Source of the DNA: Candidatus Woesearchaeota archaeon
GTDB taxonomy: Archaea; Nanobdellota; Nanobdellia; SCGC-AAA011-G17; UBA489
Direction of reading: 5' to 3'
DNA length: 64,000 nucleotides
Assembly (NCBI GenBank): GCA_018302985.1
Contig: JAGVZA010000015.1
Coordinates: forward strand, 1,471 to 65,470
The notes below the pieces were generated by a model. That model was not told the DNA's origin and ran no database searches. It saw only the letters and a program-made list of their open reading frames with translations. Within the stretch, counting starts at the first letter, position 1. Each line of letters starts with the position of its first letter. Position numbers and translations under genes: made by a program. Below are positions 54,100-64,000 of the stretch, piece after piece.

Positions 54100-55378
54100 T
54101 TCTTTCAATTTTTTTCAAGCCAAACATATATTTTTGCAAGACTATTGGAATCTTGATGGAACCATCTTTTTGTTGATAGTTCTCTAAAATTGCTACCATG
54201 GCTCTTGATGTGGCAACCATTGTATTATTAAGAATATGTACATTTTGTTTTTCATTCTTCTTTGTAGTGTACTTAATATTAAGTGCACGTGCTTGATAGT
54301 CTGTACAACTGCCTGCAGAAGTTACTTCTCGATAAGCTTTTTGTCTTGGGAACCAAGCCTCTATATCCCACTGCTTTGCAAACTTGGCACCTATATCACC
54401 AGAACAAATTTCTAAGACACGATAGGGAATCTTCAGACTTTGGAAGAATTTTTCAGTTACTTTTTGCATATATTCTAATTGCTTGTAGGAATCTTCTGGT
54501 CTAGAGAAAACAACTTGCTCTACTTTGTTAAACTGATGCATACGGAAGATACCTTTCATATCTACACCGTGACCACCAATCTCTTTTCTGAAACAAGGTG
54601 TAACAGCACAGAATCTTAAAGGAAGCTCTTCTTCCTTCATTATCTTGTCGCGTTGCATAGTCACTAGAGCGTGTTCTGCAGTACCAATAAGATACAAATC
54701 TTCTTTTTCAACTTTGTAAATCACTTCTTCGAAATCCTTAAGGCCGTTTAAAGCCCCTAATAAGGCTTCATGATGTAAAACCATAGGAGGTATAACTGGA
54801 ATAAATTTGTTCTTAACTGCAAATTCAATACCATACCTTTGTAAGGCTAAATCAAGCATAGCCAAAGGACCTAGAAGATAATTGAATCCTTGTCCACTGT
54901 TTTTTCTTGCAGTGTCGAAATCTGCTAGACTCAATTTTTCTAACAACTCAGCATGATTCACTAACTCAAATTTAGGCTTGGTAACTTTTCCCCAGCGTTT
55001 AATTACTTTATTTTCAGTTTCATCTTTTCCTACAGGAACTGACTTGTGAAGAATATTAGGGATTCCTCTTAACTTCATCTCTATAGCTTTTTGCAATTCT
55101 TCTTGTCTAACTTCCATTTTTTTAATAAAATCTGGAATTTCACGAACTTCTTTTACTTTTGCTTGAATATCTTTACCTTCTTTTTGCAATTTATTGATTT
55201 CTTGAGAAATAATATTGCGTTTATGACGTAATTCTTCGACTTCTTGCTTAATATCCAAAGACTCTTTATACTCTTGGATGACTTGATCAACCCAAGGGAT
55301 TCTTTCAAGCTTATTGCGCTTCTTAAGGTCATCTTTGACTACTTGCGGATTATCACGAATAAATTTTATGTCTAACAT
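54092..55378 (-). CDS. serS: seryl-tRNA synthetase
   Basis: N-terminal coiled-coil arm MLDIKFIRDNP.... Class II motifs FRKEIGGHGVDMKGIFRMHQFNKVEQ and GSCTDYQARAL. Confidence 0.95.
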   Translation of the reverse strand: MLDIKFIRDNPQVVKDDLKKRNKLERIPWVDQVIQEYKESLDIKQEVEELRHKRNIISQEINKLQKEGKDIQAKVKEVREIPDFIKKMEVRQEELQKAIEMKLRGIPNILHKSVPVGKDETENKVIKRWGKVTKPKFELVNHAELLEKLSLADFDTARKNSGQGFNYLLGPLAMLDLALQRYGIEFAVKNKFIPVIPPMVLHHEALLGALNGLKDFEEVIYKVEKEDLYLIGTAEHALVTMQRDKIMKEEELPLRFCAVTPCFRKEIGGHGVDMKGIFRMHQFNKVEQVVFSRPEDSYKQLEYMQKVTEKFFQSLKIPYRVLEICSGDIGAKFAKQWDIEAWFPRQKAYREVTSAGSCTDYQARALNIKYTTKKNEKQNVHILNNTMVATSRAMVAILENYQQKDGSIKIPIVLQKYMFGLKKIERIK

Positions 55379-55561
55379 AGTCCCTTGGAGATAATGAATT
55401 TATATAAAGCTTGTGTCGTCGAAAAGTATTAAGCAATAGTCATGAACTTTGATGTGTTTGTATATCTATGTTAGGATATATATGCTCAAATGCAAAAGTT
55501 TAAATAGCTCATCTGCTGCATTTTCATATCTTAAAATAAAATCAACCGTGGGGGGTTATGT

Positions 55562-55837
55562 ATGAAGAAGAAAGATAAGGATATTTTTGAAGTTTTCTTT
55601 CGAAGAAAGCCTGCCATGATGCTTGTTGCTTTACGTACTGGCACTAAAAATCGCTATGGTTCAGTCCTTGCCAAAGAAGTTGATTGCACTTACTCTCACG
55701 CTGTCAAAATTCTCCAACAGATGCAAGACGCTAATTTAGTGGGCTTTGAAAAACAAGGTCGCATTAAAACTATCAAGCTGACTGATAATGGTCAAAGAAT
55801 AGCAGAACATATTGAAAAGATCCGCGATCTTCTTTAA
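55562..55837 (+). CDS. small winged-helix transcriptional regulator
   Basis: YGSVLAKEVDCTYSHAVKILQQMQDANLVGFEKQGRIKTIKLTDNG. GGGGGG SD-like run before the ATG. Confidence 0.65.
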   Translation: MKKKDKDIFEVFFRRKPAMMLVALRTGTKNRYGSVLAKEVDCTYSHAVKILQQMQDANLVGFEKQGRIKTIKLTDNGQRIAEHIEKIRDLL

Positions 55838-55856
55838 TTTTTTTATTTTTTTATCA
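55838..55856 (+). terminator. oligo-T termination tracts
   Basis: TTTTTTTATTTTTTTAT lies directly after the stop codon. Confidence 0.4.
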
Positions 55857-55966
55857 TCGTTTATATAAGAGCTAGATTAATTCTTTATAAGTTCTAGAGA
55901 TTCTAAATATCTTTTAGAGAGAGTTTTTCCCAAACTTATTTAAAGCAGTTTTAACTTGCCTGACCT

Positions 55967-57754
55967 ATGGTCTTGTTTGGCTGGGAAAATCCCTTTGGAT
56001 GGTTGGCATTACTTAGCTTGATACCTTTTATTCTCCTCTATTTTGTCCGCCCAAAACCTGTTGAACTAGAAGTACCTTCACTCATGTTTTTTATGAGATC
56101 ACAACATATAGACAAAGAACGCTCTTTTTTGAAACGCTTTCGCTTTGATCTTTTCTTCCTCTTACAATTGCTTATCTTACTTTTTTTATCTTTGTATTTT
56201 ATAGACCCATTCACTAGTGTGGGTGGGAATGTCCTTGTAGATCATGCTGTATTTGTCCTTGATGTAAGTGCAAGTATGCAAGTAGACGATCGCTTTGCAA
56301 AAGCACTAGATTATACTCAAGATCATTTAGCTAGATCTAATACTTTTATTCTGATAAGCAATCTTCCCAGAGTTATTGCAGAAGATATCTCACATCGTGA
56401 TGCTGAACACTTGTTGAGTCAACTCCAGCCAACAGCAGGAAGATCTAACATAGGAGATGCTTTAATGCTCGCCAATCAATATGTCAAGGGGAAAGACAGT
56501 TATGTTTATGTCATTAGCGACTTTATTCCGACAGAAGGCGTTAGTATTGAAGCTGCAAAAAATGCTTTACAAGGCAAAAATATAGTTCCTGAATTTTATA
56601 GTGTAAAAGACAAAAAACAACATACTAATCGAGGCATTGTTGATCTTCGCATCGAAGATGATTCGACTACAGTTTATTTAAAAAACTATAATACTCAAGA
56701 AGAAACTGTTGAATTTACTGTGAATGATGAAAAAAAGAGCTTGACTATTAAACCTTATTTTGTTGAACCTTATTCTTTCAAAACACCCTTAGGATTAACT
56801 GAAATTCGTATACTTGGTAAAGATGATTTCTCCCTGGATGATTTAGCTTATGTGAGCGTTCCAGAACAAAATCGTGCCTCTGTTCTCTTAATTACTGATA
56901 AAGAATCTAAATATCTTAAAGCGGCTCTCCAATCATCAGGTAAGGTAGATATAACAGTTACGCCAACAACTCAACTGCCAGAAAAAAATTTTGATGTTTA
57001 TATTTTGCATGAAGTTAATGAAAAAATTAGTAAATCACTCTTAGCTACACTTACAGAAGAAGTACAGAATGGAAAAGGACTTGTGATTCATGCTGAATCT
57101 TCTTCTAACGCTTTAGATTATGGATCACTTTTACCTCTGGAGCTAGGAACTTATGAATCAGAAGCTGTTGTTGAAATAACAGAACTGACTAAATTAACAC
57201 AAGATATTAGTTTTGGAGATGTTAGCCATCACTTCTCTACTACTAATGAACAAGGCATTACTCTTGCGACAACACAAAATGATTCGATTTTAACTGTACA
57301 AGCATTAGGCGGTGGAAAAGTTATTTATTATGGCATTGTTGAAGAAGAAACAACATTCCCTTTACAACCTTCTTATCCTATTTTTTGGACTAATGTAATC
57401 AAATATTTATCTGGACAAGGAGATCTCAGCGCATTTAATCTTGATAGCGGAACTACACTGCCTCTCCCCGTTAAAAAATCAATCAAAACACCTTCTGGAC
57501 AGATCACTGCTAATGCTATTTTGTTTGATGAAATCGGAGTTTACAGCTATGACAACAAATTGCTTACTAGTGTTCTTGCAGATGAACATGAGTCTAATAT
57601 TGATGCTATTAGTGTAGCTGCTACTGATATTTCAGCTCCTTTGAATGACGTCTCCGAGGATAAAAAATATAGTTTGGAAAAATTATTATTACTTATGGCT
57701 GGAGCTTTACTTCTCTTAGAGCTTTTCTTTATGAAATTAAGAGGTGAAATTTAA
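55967..57754 (+). CDS. BatA-like membrane protein with vWA domain
   Basis: The aerotolerance-regulator N-terminal pattern FGWENPFGWLALLSLIPFILLYF. vWA MIDAS VFVLDVSASM. C-terminal TM. Confidence 0.75.
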   Translation: MVLFGWENPFGWLALLSLIPFILLYFVRPKPVELEVPSLMFFMRSQHIDKERSFLKRFRFDLFFLLQLLILLFLSLYFIDPFTSVGGNVLVDHAVFVLDVSASMQVDDRFAKALDYTQDHLARSNTFILISNLPRVIAEDISHRDAEHLLSQLQPTAGRSNIGDALMLANQYVKGKDSYVYVISDFIPTEGVSIEAAKNALQGKNIVPEFYSVKDKKQHTNRGIVDLRIEDDSTTVYLKNYNTQEETVEFTVNDEKKSLTIKPYFVEPYSFKTPLGLTEIRILGKDDFSLDDLAYVSVPEQNRASVLLITDKESKYLKAALQSSGKVDITVTPTTQLPEKNFDVYILHEVNEKISKSLLATLTEEVQNGKGLVIHAESSSNALDYGSLLPLELGTYESEAVVEITELTKLTQDISFGDVSHHFSTTNEQGITLATTQNDSILTVQALGGGKVIYYGIVEEETTFPLQPSYPIFWTNVIKYLSGQGDLSAFNLDSGTTLPLPVKKSIKTPSGQITANAILFDEIGVYSYDNKLLTSVLADEHESNIDAISVAATDISAPLNDVSEDKKYSLEKLLLLMAGALLLLELFFMKLRGEI

Positions 57755-60195
57755 TGGAGTTTACTCTTCTCGCTAATTATTTTGAAAATCCAACAATTTT
57801 ATGGTGGATCATTCCTGCTCTACTTATTATTTTTCTCTTAATAAAATTAGGTAGACTACCTTCGCACACAGACTTACAGCATTTGAAACGTCGACGAAGA
57901 ACTATTTTCTTTACACGATCCTTAATGATTTTTTGTATAATTCTAGCTATGGCTTCGCCCTTTATCATGCAACATCGAGTTGTGAAGGGAGACTATTCTT
58001 TAACACTTCTTGTAGATAATTCTACTTCGTTTAAAGTCTACGACACCAAAACTGCAGAACGTTTAGAAGATACTCTTTCAGATTATATTAAAATCGACAA
58101 AGTTATTATTGGTGACGAAAGTAAAACTCCTTTAAGTGACGCCTTAGTAGAACAATTGCAAGAAGGAAAGAATGTCTTAGTAGTTAGTGATGGTTATAAT
58201 ACTGTTGGCCCAGATCTCAACAGCGTTGTTTTACAAGCGACTAAAGTAAATAGCTCCATTCATGCTTTACGTGTAGAAACACAACAACTAGACTCTTCCA
58301 TTACTGTTACTGGACCAGATAAACTCTCTCCAGGCATCAAAAATCTTTTTACAGCATCTATTCGCGGCACAGATTCTAGTTCTGCCAAGCATGTTATTGT
58401 AGATGTTGATGGTAGAAAAGTCATTGATAAGCACACTAGTGAACAAGAAATTGTCTTCTATGAGACTTTTTCCGAGGGCAACCATCGCATTACAGCAACT
58501 CTTGACACTCAAGATTATTTTACTGAAAATAATAAATATTTCAAGTCAGTTAGAGTTATTCCGAAGCCAGAAATTCTTTTTGTGACACAACAAGAATCAC
58601 CCTTGCTACCTTTATTGAAACAATTGTATGAAGTTAAAGTTACTTCAGACCTTACACCTTTAGATAAAAAGAGATATTATGCTGTTATTATCAATAATCT
58701 TCCTTTCCCAGCTTTAGAGAAAGACTTAGTCAGATTACGAGACTACCTTTCTGATGATAATGGTGTTCTCTTTATTGGTGGAAGTTCCTCTTTTGATAAA
58801 GGAGACTATAAAGGCACACGACTTGAAGAAATGCTGCCTTCTTTTGTTGCTGTAGCAGATGAAAAAGAAGAAGGCATTGTGAATATTGTTATTTCCATGG
58901 ACCTTTCCAAAAGCACTACACTAGGTTATGGATCTGGCAGCGTATCACAAGTAGAAAAAGCCATCGCATTAAGTATTATAGAAAATATCAAAGATAGTAG
59001 CCAGGTCGGTTTTATCGGATTTGATAGTCAAGCATATGTGGTTTCACCTATTTCACCTTTAGGAAACAAGCGAGAAGAGCTTATGCAGCAAGTTCGTAGT
59101 TTAGAAAAAGAAAGTAGTGATTCTTATATCCCTATTGGGTTGGAGTCTGCTATCGAAATGCTAGGAGGAGTATCTGGTGGTAAAAATATTATTTTTATTT
59201 CTGATGGGCGTTCAGGAGGCATAGGCCAAGCAAAATCCTTAGCAGCAACTGCACAAGAAGCAGGCATTAAAATTTATGGAGTAGGAGTAGGAGAAAGAAA
59301 TGCTTGCATTCGTTACAATGCTCTTGGAGATTGTATCCTAAGACCTTCTGAAATTTATGGCATTGATGCAATTAAAAATATCGCATTAGCTGGTGGTGGA
59401 GCTTACTTTACAGGAGATAAAACACCACAAAAAGTTAAAGTATTATTCGGTGGTGGACAGAATGAAAACAATAAAGATGCTTATACTGTAACTATTTTGG
59501 ACGAAGGACACTTTATTACTCAAGATTTAGAACTGAATGCTCATGTAACTGGTTTCAACAATGTTATTCCTAAATCCAATGCTTATCAATTAGTCGCTAC
59601 TGATTCTGGTGAGCCTTTATTAACTGTCTGGCGTTATGGTGTTGGACGCGTTGGTATTTTGTCTACAGATGACGGCGTTCAATGGAGTAGTGAACTTCTT
59701 ACTGGAGAAAATTCTTTGATTTATACTAAAACAATTAACTGGTTGATCGGAGATCCTGAACGCAAAAGTGATTATTATGTTTCTGTACAAGATACTAATA
59801 TCAAGAGACCTACAGAAGTCATAGTAAAAGCACAACAACAACCTGTATTTTCAGAATTAACTTTCTATAAACGTGATGATCAGATTTATGCTGCAACAGT
59901 CACGCCTTTAGAATTAGGTTTTCAAACTATTCTTAATACAGAGTTTGCTGTCAATTACAATAAAGAATTAGAAGGCATAGGATTTAACCCTCAACTTGAA
60001 GAAACTACTGCTGCAACGAATGGTCAGATGTTTACTGAACATCAAATAGAAGAGATTATAGCTGCAGTTAAGACACAAACAGAACGACCCGTGTTTAAAC
60101 GATGGTATTACCGCTGGCCTTTCATCTTACTAACATTAGTCATTTTCCTCTTTGAAATTTATCTTCGAAGAGCTGGTGGAAGAAAAACTATTTAA
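57754..60195 (+). CDS. BatA/BatB-like membrane protein with vWA domains
   Basis: N-terminal FENPTILWWIIPALLIIFL, degenerate vWA (LLVDNSTS), a second vWA (VISMDLSKST...IIFISDGRSG) and a C-terminal TM. Confidence 0.7.
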   Translation: MEFTLLANYFENPTILWWIIPALLIIFLLIKLGRLPSHTDLQHLKRRRRTIFFTRSLMIFCIILAMASPFIMQHRVVKGDYSLTLLVDNSTSFKVYDTKTAERLEDTLSDYIKIDKVIIGDESKTPLSDALVEQLQEGKNVLVVSDGYNTVGPDLNSVVLQATKVNSSIHALRVETQQLDSSITVTGPDKLSPGIKNLFTASIRGTDSSSAKHVIVDVDGRKVIDKHTSEQEIVFYETFSEGNHRITATLDTQDYFTENNKYFKSVRVIPKPEILFVTQQESPLLPLLKQLYEVKVTSDLTPLDKKRYYAVIINNLPFPALEKDLVRLRDYLSDDNGVLFIGGSSSFDKGDYKGTRLEEMLPSFVAVADEKEEGIVNIVISMDLSKSTTLGYGSGSVSQVEKAIALSIIENIKDSSQVGFIGFDSQAYVVSPISPLGNKREELMQQVRSLEKESSDSYIPIGLESAIEMLGGVSGGKNIIFISDGRSGGIGQAKSLAATAQEAGIKIYGVGVGERNACIRYNALGDCILRPSEIYGIDAIKNIALAGGGAYFTGDKTPQKVKVLFGGGQNENNKDAYTVTILDEGHFITQDLELNAHVTGFNNVIPKSNAYQLVATDSGEPLLTVWRYGVGRVGILSTDDGVQWSSELLTGENSLIYTKTINWLIGDPERKSDYYVSVQDTNIKRPTEVIVKAQQQPVFSELTFYKRDDQIYAATVTPLELGFQTILNTEFAVNYNKELEGIGFNPQLEETTAATNGQMFTEHQIEEIIAAVKTQTERPVFKRWYYRWPFILLTLVIFLFEIYLRRAGGRKTI

Positions 60196-60218
60196 ATAAG
60201 AACCGTCGTTTTGCTCTT

Positions 60219-60794
60219 ATGAGCCTTATTAAAGACTATATATCTGACCGTCGGCATAAGAAATTAGAGGAGATTAATAGGGCTTTAGAACAACTTAAAC
60301 ATGAAAATGTTGCAACTGACGCGCTCAAACCGAAAAGCACTTTAACTACCCCTGTATCTCATCCACCTATGCGCACAGGCAAAGATTTACTATTTATAGG
60401 TATTCTTCTTGTTTGTGTGATTGTATTAATTGTTACAAGCTTTTACTATAGAAGCCAATATGCTACTCTCAATGACAATTACCAAGAGAAAGTAAATGCT
60501 CTTAGCAAGTTAGAAGCAGATCTTCAAAAGAAAATCGGTGATCTTGAAACTACCCAGGAAGAACGGGATAGACTTGAAGCTTCTGAAGAAACACTCCAGG
60601 AAGAACGGGATAGACTTGAATCAGATGTTGAAGACTTAGAATTAGAAATAGAGACATTAGAGGATGATATCACAGTTAAACGCGCTGAAGTTGATAATCT
60701 TACACGAACTATAAATCAACAACGCAATGAAATAGATCGCTGGAAAGATTGTATTGAAGACGAACTAGATCAAAATTTAAGTGTGTGCGATTAA
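60219..60794 (+). CDS. bitopic coiled-coil membrane protein
   Basis: One TM (LLFIGILLVCVIVLIVTSF), then heptad-rich repeats (QEERDRLEASEE / QEERDRLESDVE). Confidence 0.5.
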   Translation: MSLIKDYISDRRHKKLEEINRALEQLKHENVATDALKPKSTLTTPVSHPPMRTGKDLLFIGILLVCVIVLIVTSFYYRSQYATLNDNYQEKVNALSKLEADLQKKIGDLETTQEERDRLEASEETLQEERDRLESDVEDLELEIETLEDDITVKRAEVDNLTRTINQQRNEIDRWKDCIEDELDQNLSVCD

Positions 60795-60802
60795 CATGAG
60801 CT

Positions 60803-61594
60803 ATGGACATCCTTAAACAAGCACTAAAACAAGTAAAGCACATTTTATTTTTTGTGAGCTTCTTCAATAGCTTTGTCAATTCTGTTATTGTCCTTCTTAT
60901 TTTTACGCTTCTCTTTTTCTTTTTCAATATCTCTTGGATCTATGCCTTGATTCCCTTTCTTCTTTTCTTGACTTTTAATACAGCTAAGGGCATGAAAAAA
61001 ATTGGTTATTATGACATTGAAAAGAAAATTCCTGATTTAGAATGGCGCTTGCGTACTTCAGCAGATAATGCAGACAGAAATGATGATGTTGCTTTAGACT
61101 TGCATCATGATGTTTTAGAAAAATTACATCAAGTAAGCGCTACCCGCATTATGAATAAAAAACAAACTATTTCAAAAATGGCAGCAATTTTAGGACTCTG
61201 CTTTCTTTTAGGATTTGTTTCTTTGAATAGCATCCAATTTGATGATGTTCTTCCTGCTTTACAGAGAAGCATGAATCCTGTTACTGGATTTTTTGTAAAG
61301 GCAGCTAATTTAACTGACGTTTCTTTTTTAGACACTGAAAAAAATAGGGACATTTATGGAGAGGAAGAGGACATCAAATATAGCAACAAAGAAGAGGTTG
61401 TTGAGCTGAATCAAATGTTAGGGTTAGTGGATATCAACAATTACAATCGCAATGGAGAAGGAAAAACATTTAAAGGAACAATAACAGGCACAGGCAATCG
61501 AGAAGCACTCGGTAGCGAGAATTCAAAAGAAAAAATTGGTGACGAAGACAAACAGATTGTCAATAACTATTTCCGCAGCATCAACCAACCATGA
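60803..61594 (+). CDS. membrane protein of the MoxR/vWA operon
   Basis: 3-4 TM helices. ATGA overlap with the MoxR gene. Confidence 0.5.
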   Translation: MDILKQALKQVKHILFFVSFFNSFVNSVIVLLIFTLLFFFFNISWIYALIPFLLFLTFNTAKGMKKIGYYDIEKKIPDLEWRLRTSADNADRNDDVALDLHHDVLEKLHQVSATRIMNKKQTISKMAAILGLCFLLGFVSLNSIQFDDVLPALQRSMNPVTGFFVKAANLTDVSFLDTEKNRDIYGEEEDIKYSNKEEVVELNQMLGLVDINNYNRNGEGKTFKGTITGTGNREALGSENSKEKIGDEDKQIVNNYFRSINQP

Positions 61595-62538
61595 CTACAG
61601 ACTCTATCAAAAAAGCAAAAGACGCCTTTGAATTTATCTTTGCTGAGACAGCTAAAGTAGTTGTAGGACAACAACAAGTCATTAAACAAATTATTATTGC
61701 TATTCTTACAGAAAGTAATGCTTTACTTGAAGGTTATCCTGGCTTAGCAAAAACTTTGACTGTAAGCACTTTAGCTAAACTCATGGATCTTAAATTTTCT
61801 CGCATTCAAGGAACTCCAGATCTAATGCCTTCAGATATTACTGGAACTTATGTCTTAGAAGAGACTAAAAATGGCAGAGAGTTTAAATTCCAACCAGGTC
61901 CTTTATTCTCCAATGTAGTACTTATGGATGAAATTAACAGAGCTACACCTAAAACACAATCAGCATTATTAGAAGCAATGCAGGAACGTCAAGTTACTGT
62001 TGGCAATCACACCTATAAACTAGAAAGACCTTTCTTTGTCTTAGCGACACAAAATCCTATTGAACAGGAAGGAACCTATCCATTGCCTGAAGCACAGAGT
62101 GATCGTTTCCTCTTCAAAATCAAAACAGATTATCCTACTTTTAATGATGAATTAGAAATTGTTTCTAGATACACAGAATTCAATGAAAAGGGCGGACCAG
62201 AACTTAAACCCCTTTTAAAAAAAGAAACCATCTTTCAATTACAACAACTTGTTCGCCAAATTCCTATTGCACAGGATGTTCGCAAATATGCAGTTGAACT
62301 AGTGAAGAAGACTAGAGAGCGTAAAGAATTAATAGAATATGGAGCTTCACCTCGTGCTTCCATAGGTTTAGTTTTAGCAGCTAAAGCAAATGCATTACTA
62401 GATGGAAGAAACTATGTAACCAAAAACGACGTACGTGAAATGGTTTATCCAGTTCTTCGTCATCGCATTATTATTAATTTTGAAGCTGAACGTAATAACT
62501 TTAACGAAGATGATGTCATTGGTTATTTACTAAAATGA
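61591..62538 (+). CDS. moxR: MoxR-family AAA+ ATPase
   Basis: GYPGLAKT, LMDEINRATPKTQSALLEAMQERQVT, ATQNPIEQEGTYPLPEAQSDRF. Confidence 0.9.
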   Translation: MTTDSIKKAKDAFEFIFAETAKVVVGQQQVIKQIIIAILTESNALLEGYPGLAKTLTVSTLAKLMDLKFSRIQGTPDLMPSDITGTYVLEETKNGREFKFQPGPLFSNVVLMDEINRATPKTQSALLEAMQERQVTVGNHTYKLERPFFVLATQNPIEQEGTYPLPEAQSDRFLFKIKTDYPTFNDELEIVSRYTEFNEKGGPELKPLLKKETIFQLQQLVRQIPIAQDVRKYAVELVKKTRERKELIEYGASPRASIGLVLAAKANALLDGRNYVTKNDVREMVYPVLRHRIIINFEAERNNFNEDDVIGYLLK

Positions 62539-63389
62539 TTGAGACTGATTTTTTGCGTCATCTCCATCGTCTCAGTTTGATTATCAACAAGCGTGTAGCC
62601 TCTAATTACATAGGACAACGAGGAAGCATTCACGGTGGTCAAGGATTAATTTTTAAAGATCATAGGAGTTATACTCCTGGAGATGATTTTCGCGCTATTG
62701 ATTGGAAAGTTTATGGAAGAACAGACAGACTGCATGTTAAACGTCGTGAAGAAGAACGCAATTTAACAGTTCATGTTATTTTAGATTTCAGTAGCAGTAT
62801 GAATTTCGGCAGCAAAGCTTTAAAAAAATTCGAATATGCTTCCATGTTAGGGATTGGTTTTGCTTATATGGCTTTAAAAAATAATGAACGTTTTGTGTTA
62901 TCTACTTTCTCCGATACTTTAGACAGATTTAAACCTAGAAGAGGAAAAAAACAATTAGTCACTATTCTTGATTATCTTCGCACTAAAAAGCCAGAAGGAG
63001 AATCTAAATTTGAGGAATCTTTGAAACAGTACGCTAAGTTTATTGATTCTAGATCTATGATTGTTATTATTTCTGATTTTCTCTATGAACCTGAACAAGT
63101 CAGAAGAGCTTTATTTGGCTTCAAAAATAATACTATTAAATTAATCCAAGTTTTAGATGAAATTGAAATAGGCATGGATCTGAATGGAGAATTTAATCTT
63201 AAAGACAGTGAAACGAATAATACTTTACGAACATTCATCAGCCCTTTCTTACGAAAAAATTATTTATCAAAATTACAAGATCATAATCTTCGCATGAAGC
63301 GTTTAGCTGAGGGATTAGGAGCGACGTTTCACACTTGCTGCATCGAAGACAATGTCTTTGACACGATGTTTCGTATTTTGCGTCAATAG
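62535..63389 (+). CDS. DUF58 (vWA-like) protein
   Basis: GDDFRAIDWKVYGRTDRLHVKRREEE, then VILDFSSSM. Confidence 0.85.
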   Translation: MIETDFLRHLHRLSLIINKRVASNYIGQRGSIHGGQGLIFKDHRSYTPGDDFRAIDWKVYGRTDRLHVKRREEERNLTVHVILDFSSSMNFGSKALKKFEYASMLGIGFAYMALKNNERFVLSTFSDTLDRFKPRRGKKQLVTILDYLRTKKPEGESKFEESLKQYAKFIDSRSMIVIISDFLYEPEQVRRALFGFKNNTIKLIQVLDEIEIGMDLNGEFNLKDSETNNTLRTFISPFLRKNYLSKLQDHNLRMKRLAEGLGATFHTCCIEDNVFDTMFRILRQ

Positions 63390-63713
63390 ATATTGCGGAA
63401 GACCTTCAATTTGCGTTAGTGTTGTATGCTTAAACAAGAATTCTCTTGGCTTGTCATCTACTTTAATGCCGTGTTGCTGACAATACTGATTCAATTTTGC
63501 ATAGAGCTTTTTTCCTTCTGCATCTAAATCTGTAAGGATAATAATTTCTTTTTCTTGTATTGATTCTACTATTTTATAGAATGGCTGTTGTGCGATTGCT
63601 TGTATATTTTTAATTCCTAATGATTGGAGAGCTGCTAGATCTTTTTTTCCTTCAACTAAAATCAATGTTTTTTTCTTTTTCAAATAATGCAACCATTCAG
63701 CTAAATATTCCAT
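63315..63713 (-). CDS. small Toprim-domain protein
   Basis: LILVEGKKD ... IIILTDLDAEGKKL. The 3' end overlaps the convergent DUF58 gene by 75 nt. Confidence 0.65.
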   Translation of the reverse strand: MEYLAEWLHYLKKKKTLILVEGKKDLAALQSLGIKNIQAIAQQPFYKIVESIQEKEIIILTDLDAEGKKLYAKLNQYCQQHGIKVDDKPREFLFKHTTLTQIEGLPQYLLTQNTKHRVKDIVFDAASVKRRS

Positions 63714-63715
63714 AG

Positions 63716-64000
63716 TTAAGGTATGATTTCTGGACCAAAATATTTTTCATAAGCAAAGTCACACAAAGAGATAACTTTTGAGTCCATTAATTTCTGCATT
63801 ATTAGTTGTTTTTCTTTTACTGCATCAATTAAATATCTTACACTTGTGCATATTAAAGCATTGCCTATTTTAGGCCATAACTGCGCATAATTCTGGTATA
63901 GGCATCGCCCACCACACAGATTCAGATAAGAGCATTTTAGACACTCTCCTTGCACTTTCATATCTTTTATCTTTTCAGGAGTATTGAGGTCTCCTACATA
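63716..64000 (-). CDS. C-terminal part of a SPASM/radical-SAM-type protein (truncated by window edge)
   Basis: CLKCSYLNLCGGRCLYQNY Cys cluster. The frame stays open upstream to position 64000. Confidence 0.5.
   Translation of the reverse strand, partial: YVGDLNTPEKIKDMKVQGECLKCSYLNLCGGRCLYQNYAQLWPKIGNALICTSVRYLIDAVKEKQLIMQKLMDSKVISLCDFAYEKYFGPEIIP

Noticed and set aside
63315-63389. 75-bp convergent overlap of the DUF58 and Toprim genes as a regulatory antisense feature
   Set aside because: Both stops are fixed by the sequence. The Toprim tail beyond about IEGLPQYL looks like a fortuitous read-on in the absence of a stop codon. There is no evidence for function.
1-64000. Search for rRNA genes, CRISPR-cas, integrases, transposases and prophage modules
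   Set aside because: None was recognisable by eye. The only mobility signatures are the MITE-like element and the LAGLIDADG gene.

Overview
This is an AT-rich, very gene-dense archaeal chromosome segment with many 1-16 nt gene overlaps. The archaeal assignment rests on Topo VI A/B, MCM, TBP, aIF-1A, aIF-2beta, RFC small and large subunits, FEN1, CDC48, RadB, type-2 MetAP, intron-containing tRNA and TATA-box promoters. The small-genome style, the Cys-rich GIDCGGxC surface proteins and a peptidoglycan hydrolase suggest a DPANN-type episymbiont. That lineage call is inference only. Coordinates 5.8-39.8 kb are mostly information-processing genes. They are interspersed with accessory items: VapBC, a free-standing LAGLIDADG gene, an orphan HerA-like ATPase, and a lytic transglycosylase coupled to an unknown gene. 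The most unusual region is 39.8-54.1 kb. It holds a roughly 2,900-aa invasin-like (Big_1 repeat) surface protein that is currently split into two ORFs. The split lies exactly at the edge of a 99-bp perfect repeat. The fused protein would have a cytoplasmic AbrB-like N-terminus and a cytoplasmic coiled-coil C-terminus. It is co-oriented with a paralogous membrane protein and a polytopic membrane protein. Four KaiC/RecA-like genes flank it, one with intact ATPase motifs and three degenerate. The divergent promoter gap of this locus contains a 340-bp MITE-like element with 15-16 nt terminal inverted repeats, a 9-bp target-site duplication and a 54-aa AbrB/DUF2080-like ORF. Coordinates 55.5-63.4 kb carry a wHTH plus MoxR/DUF58/vWA (Bat-like) operon. 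There are two tRNAs: Val-GAC, and Thr-UGU with apparently two introns, one of them in the D-loop. No rRNA, CRISPR array or integrase was seen. All functional calls come from motifs read by eye, and no database search was possible.
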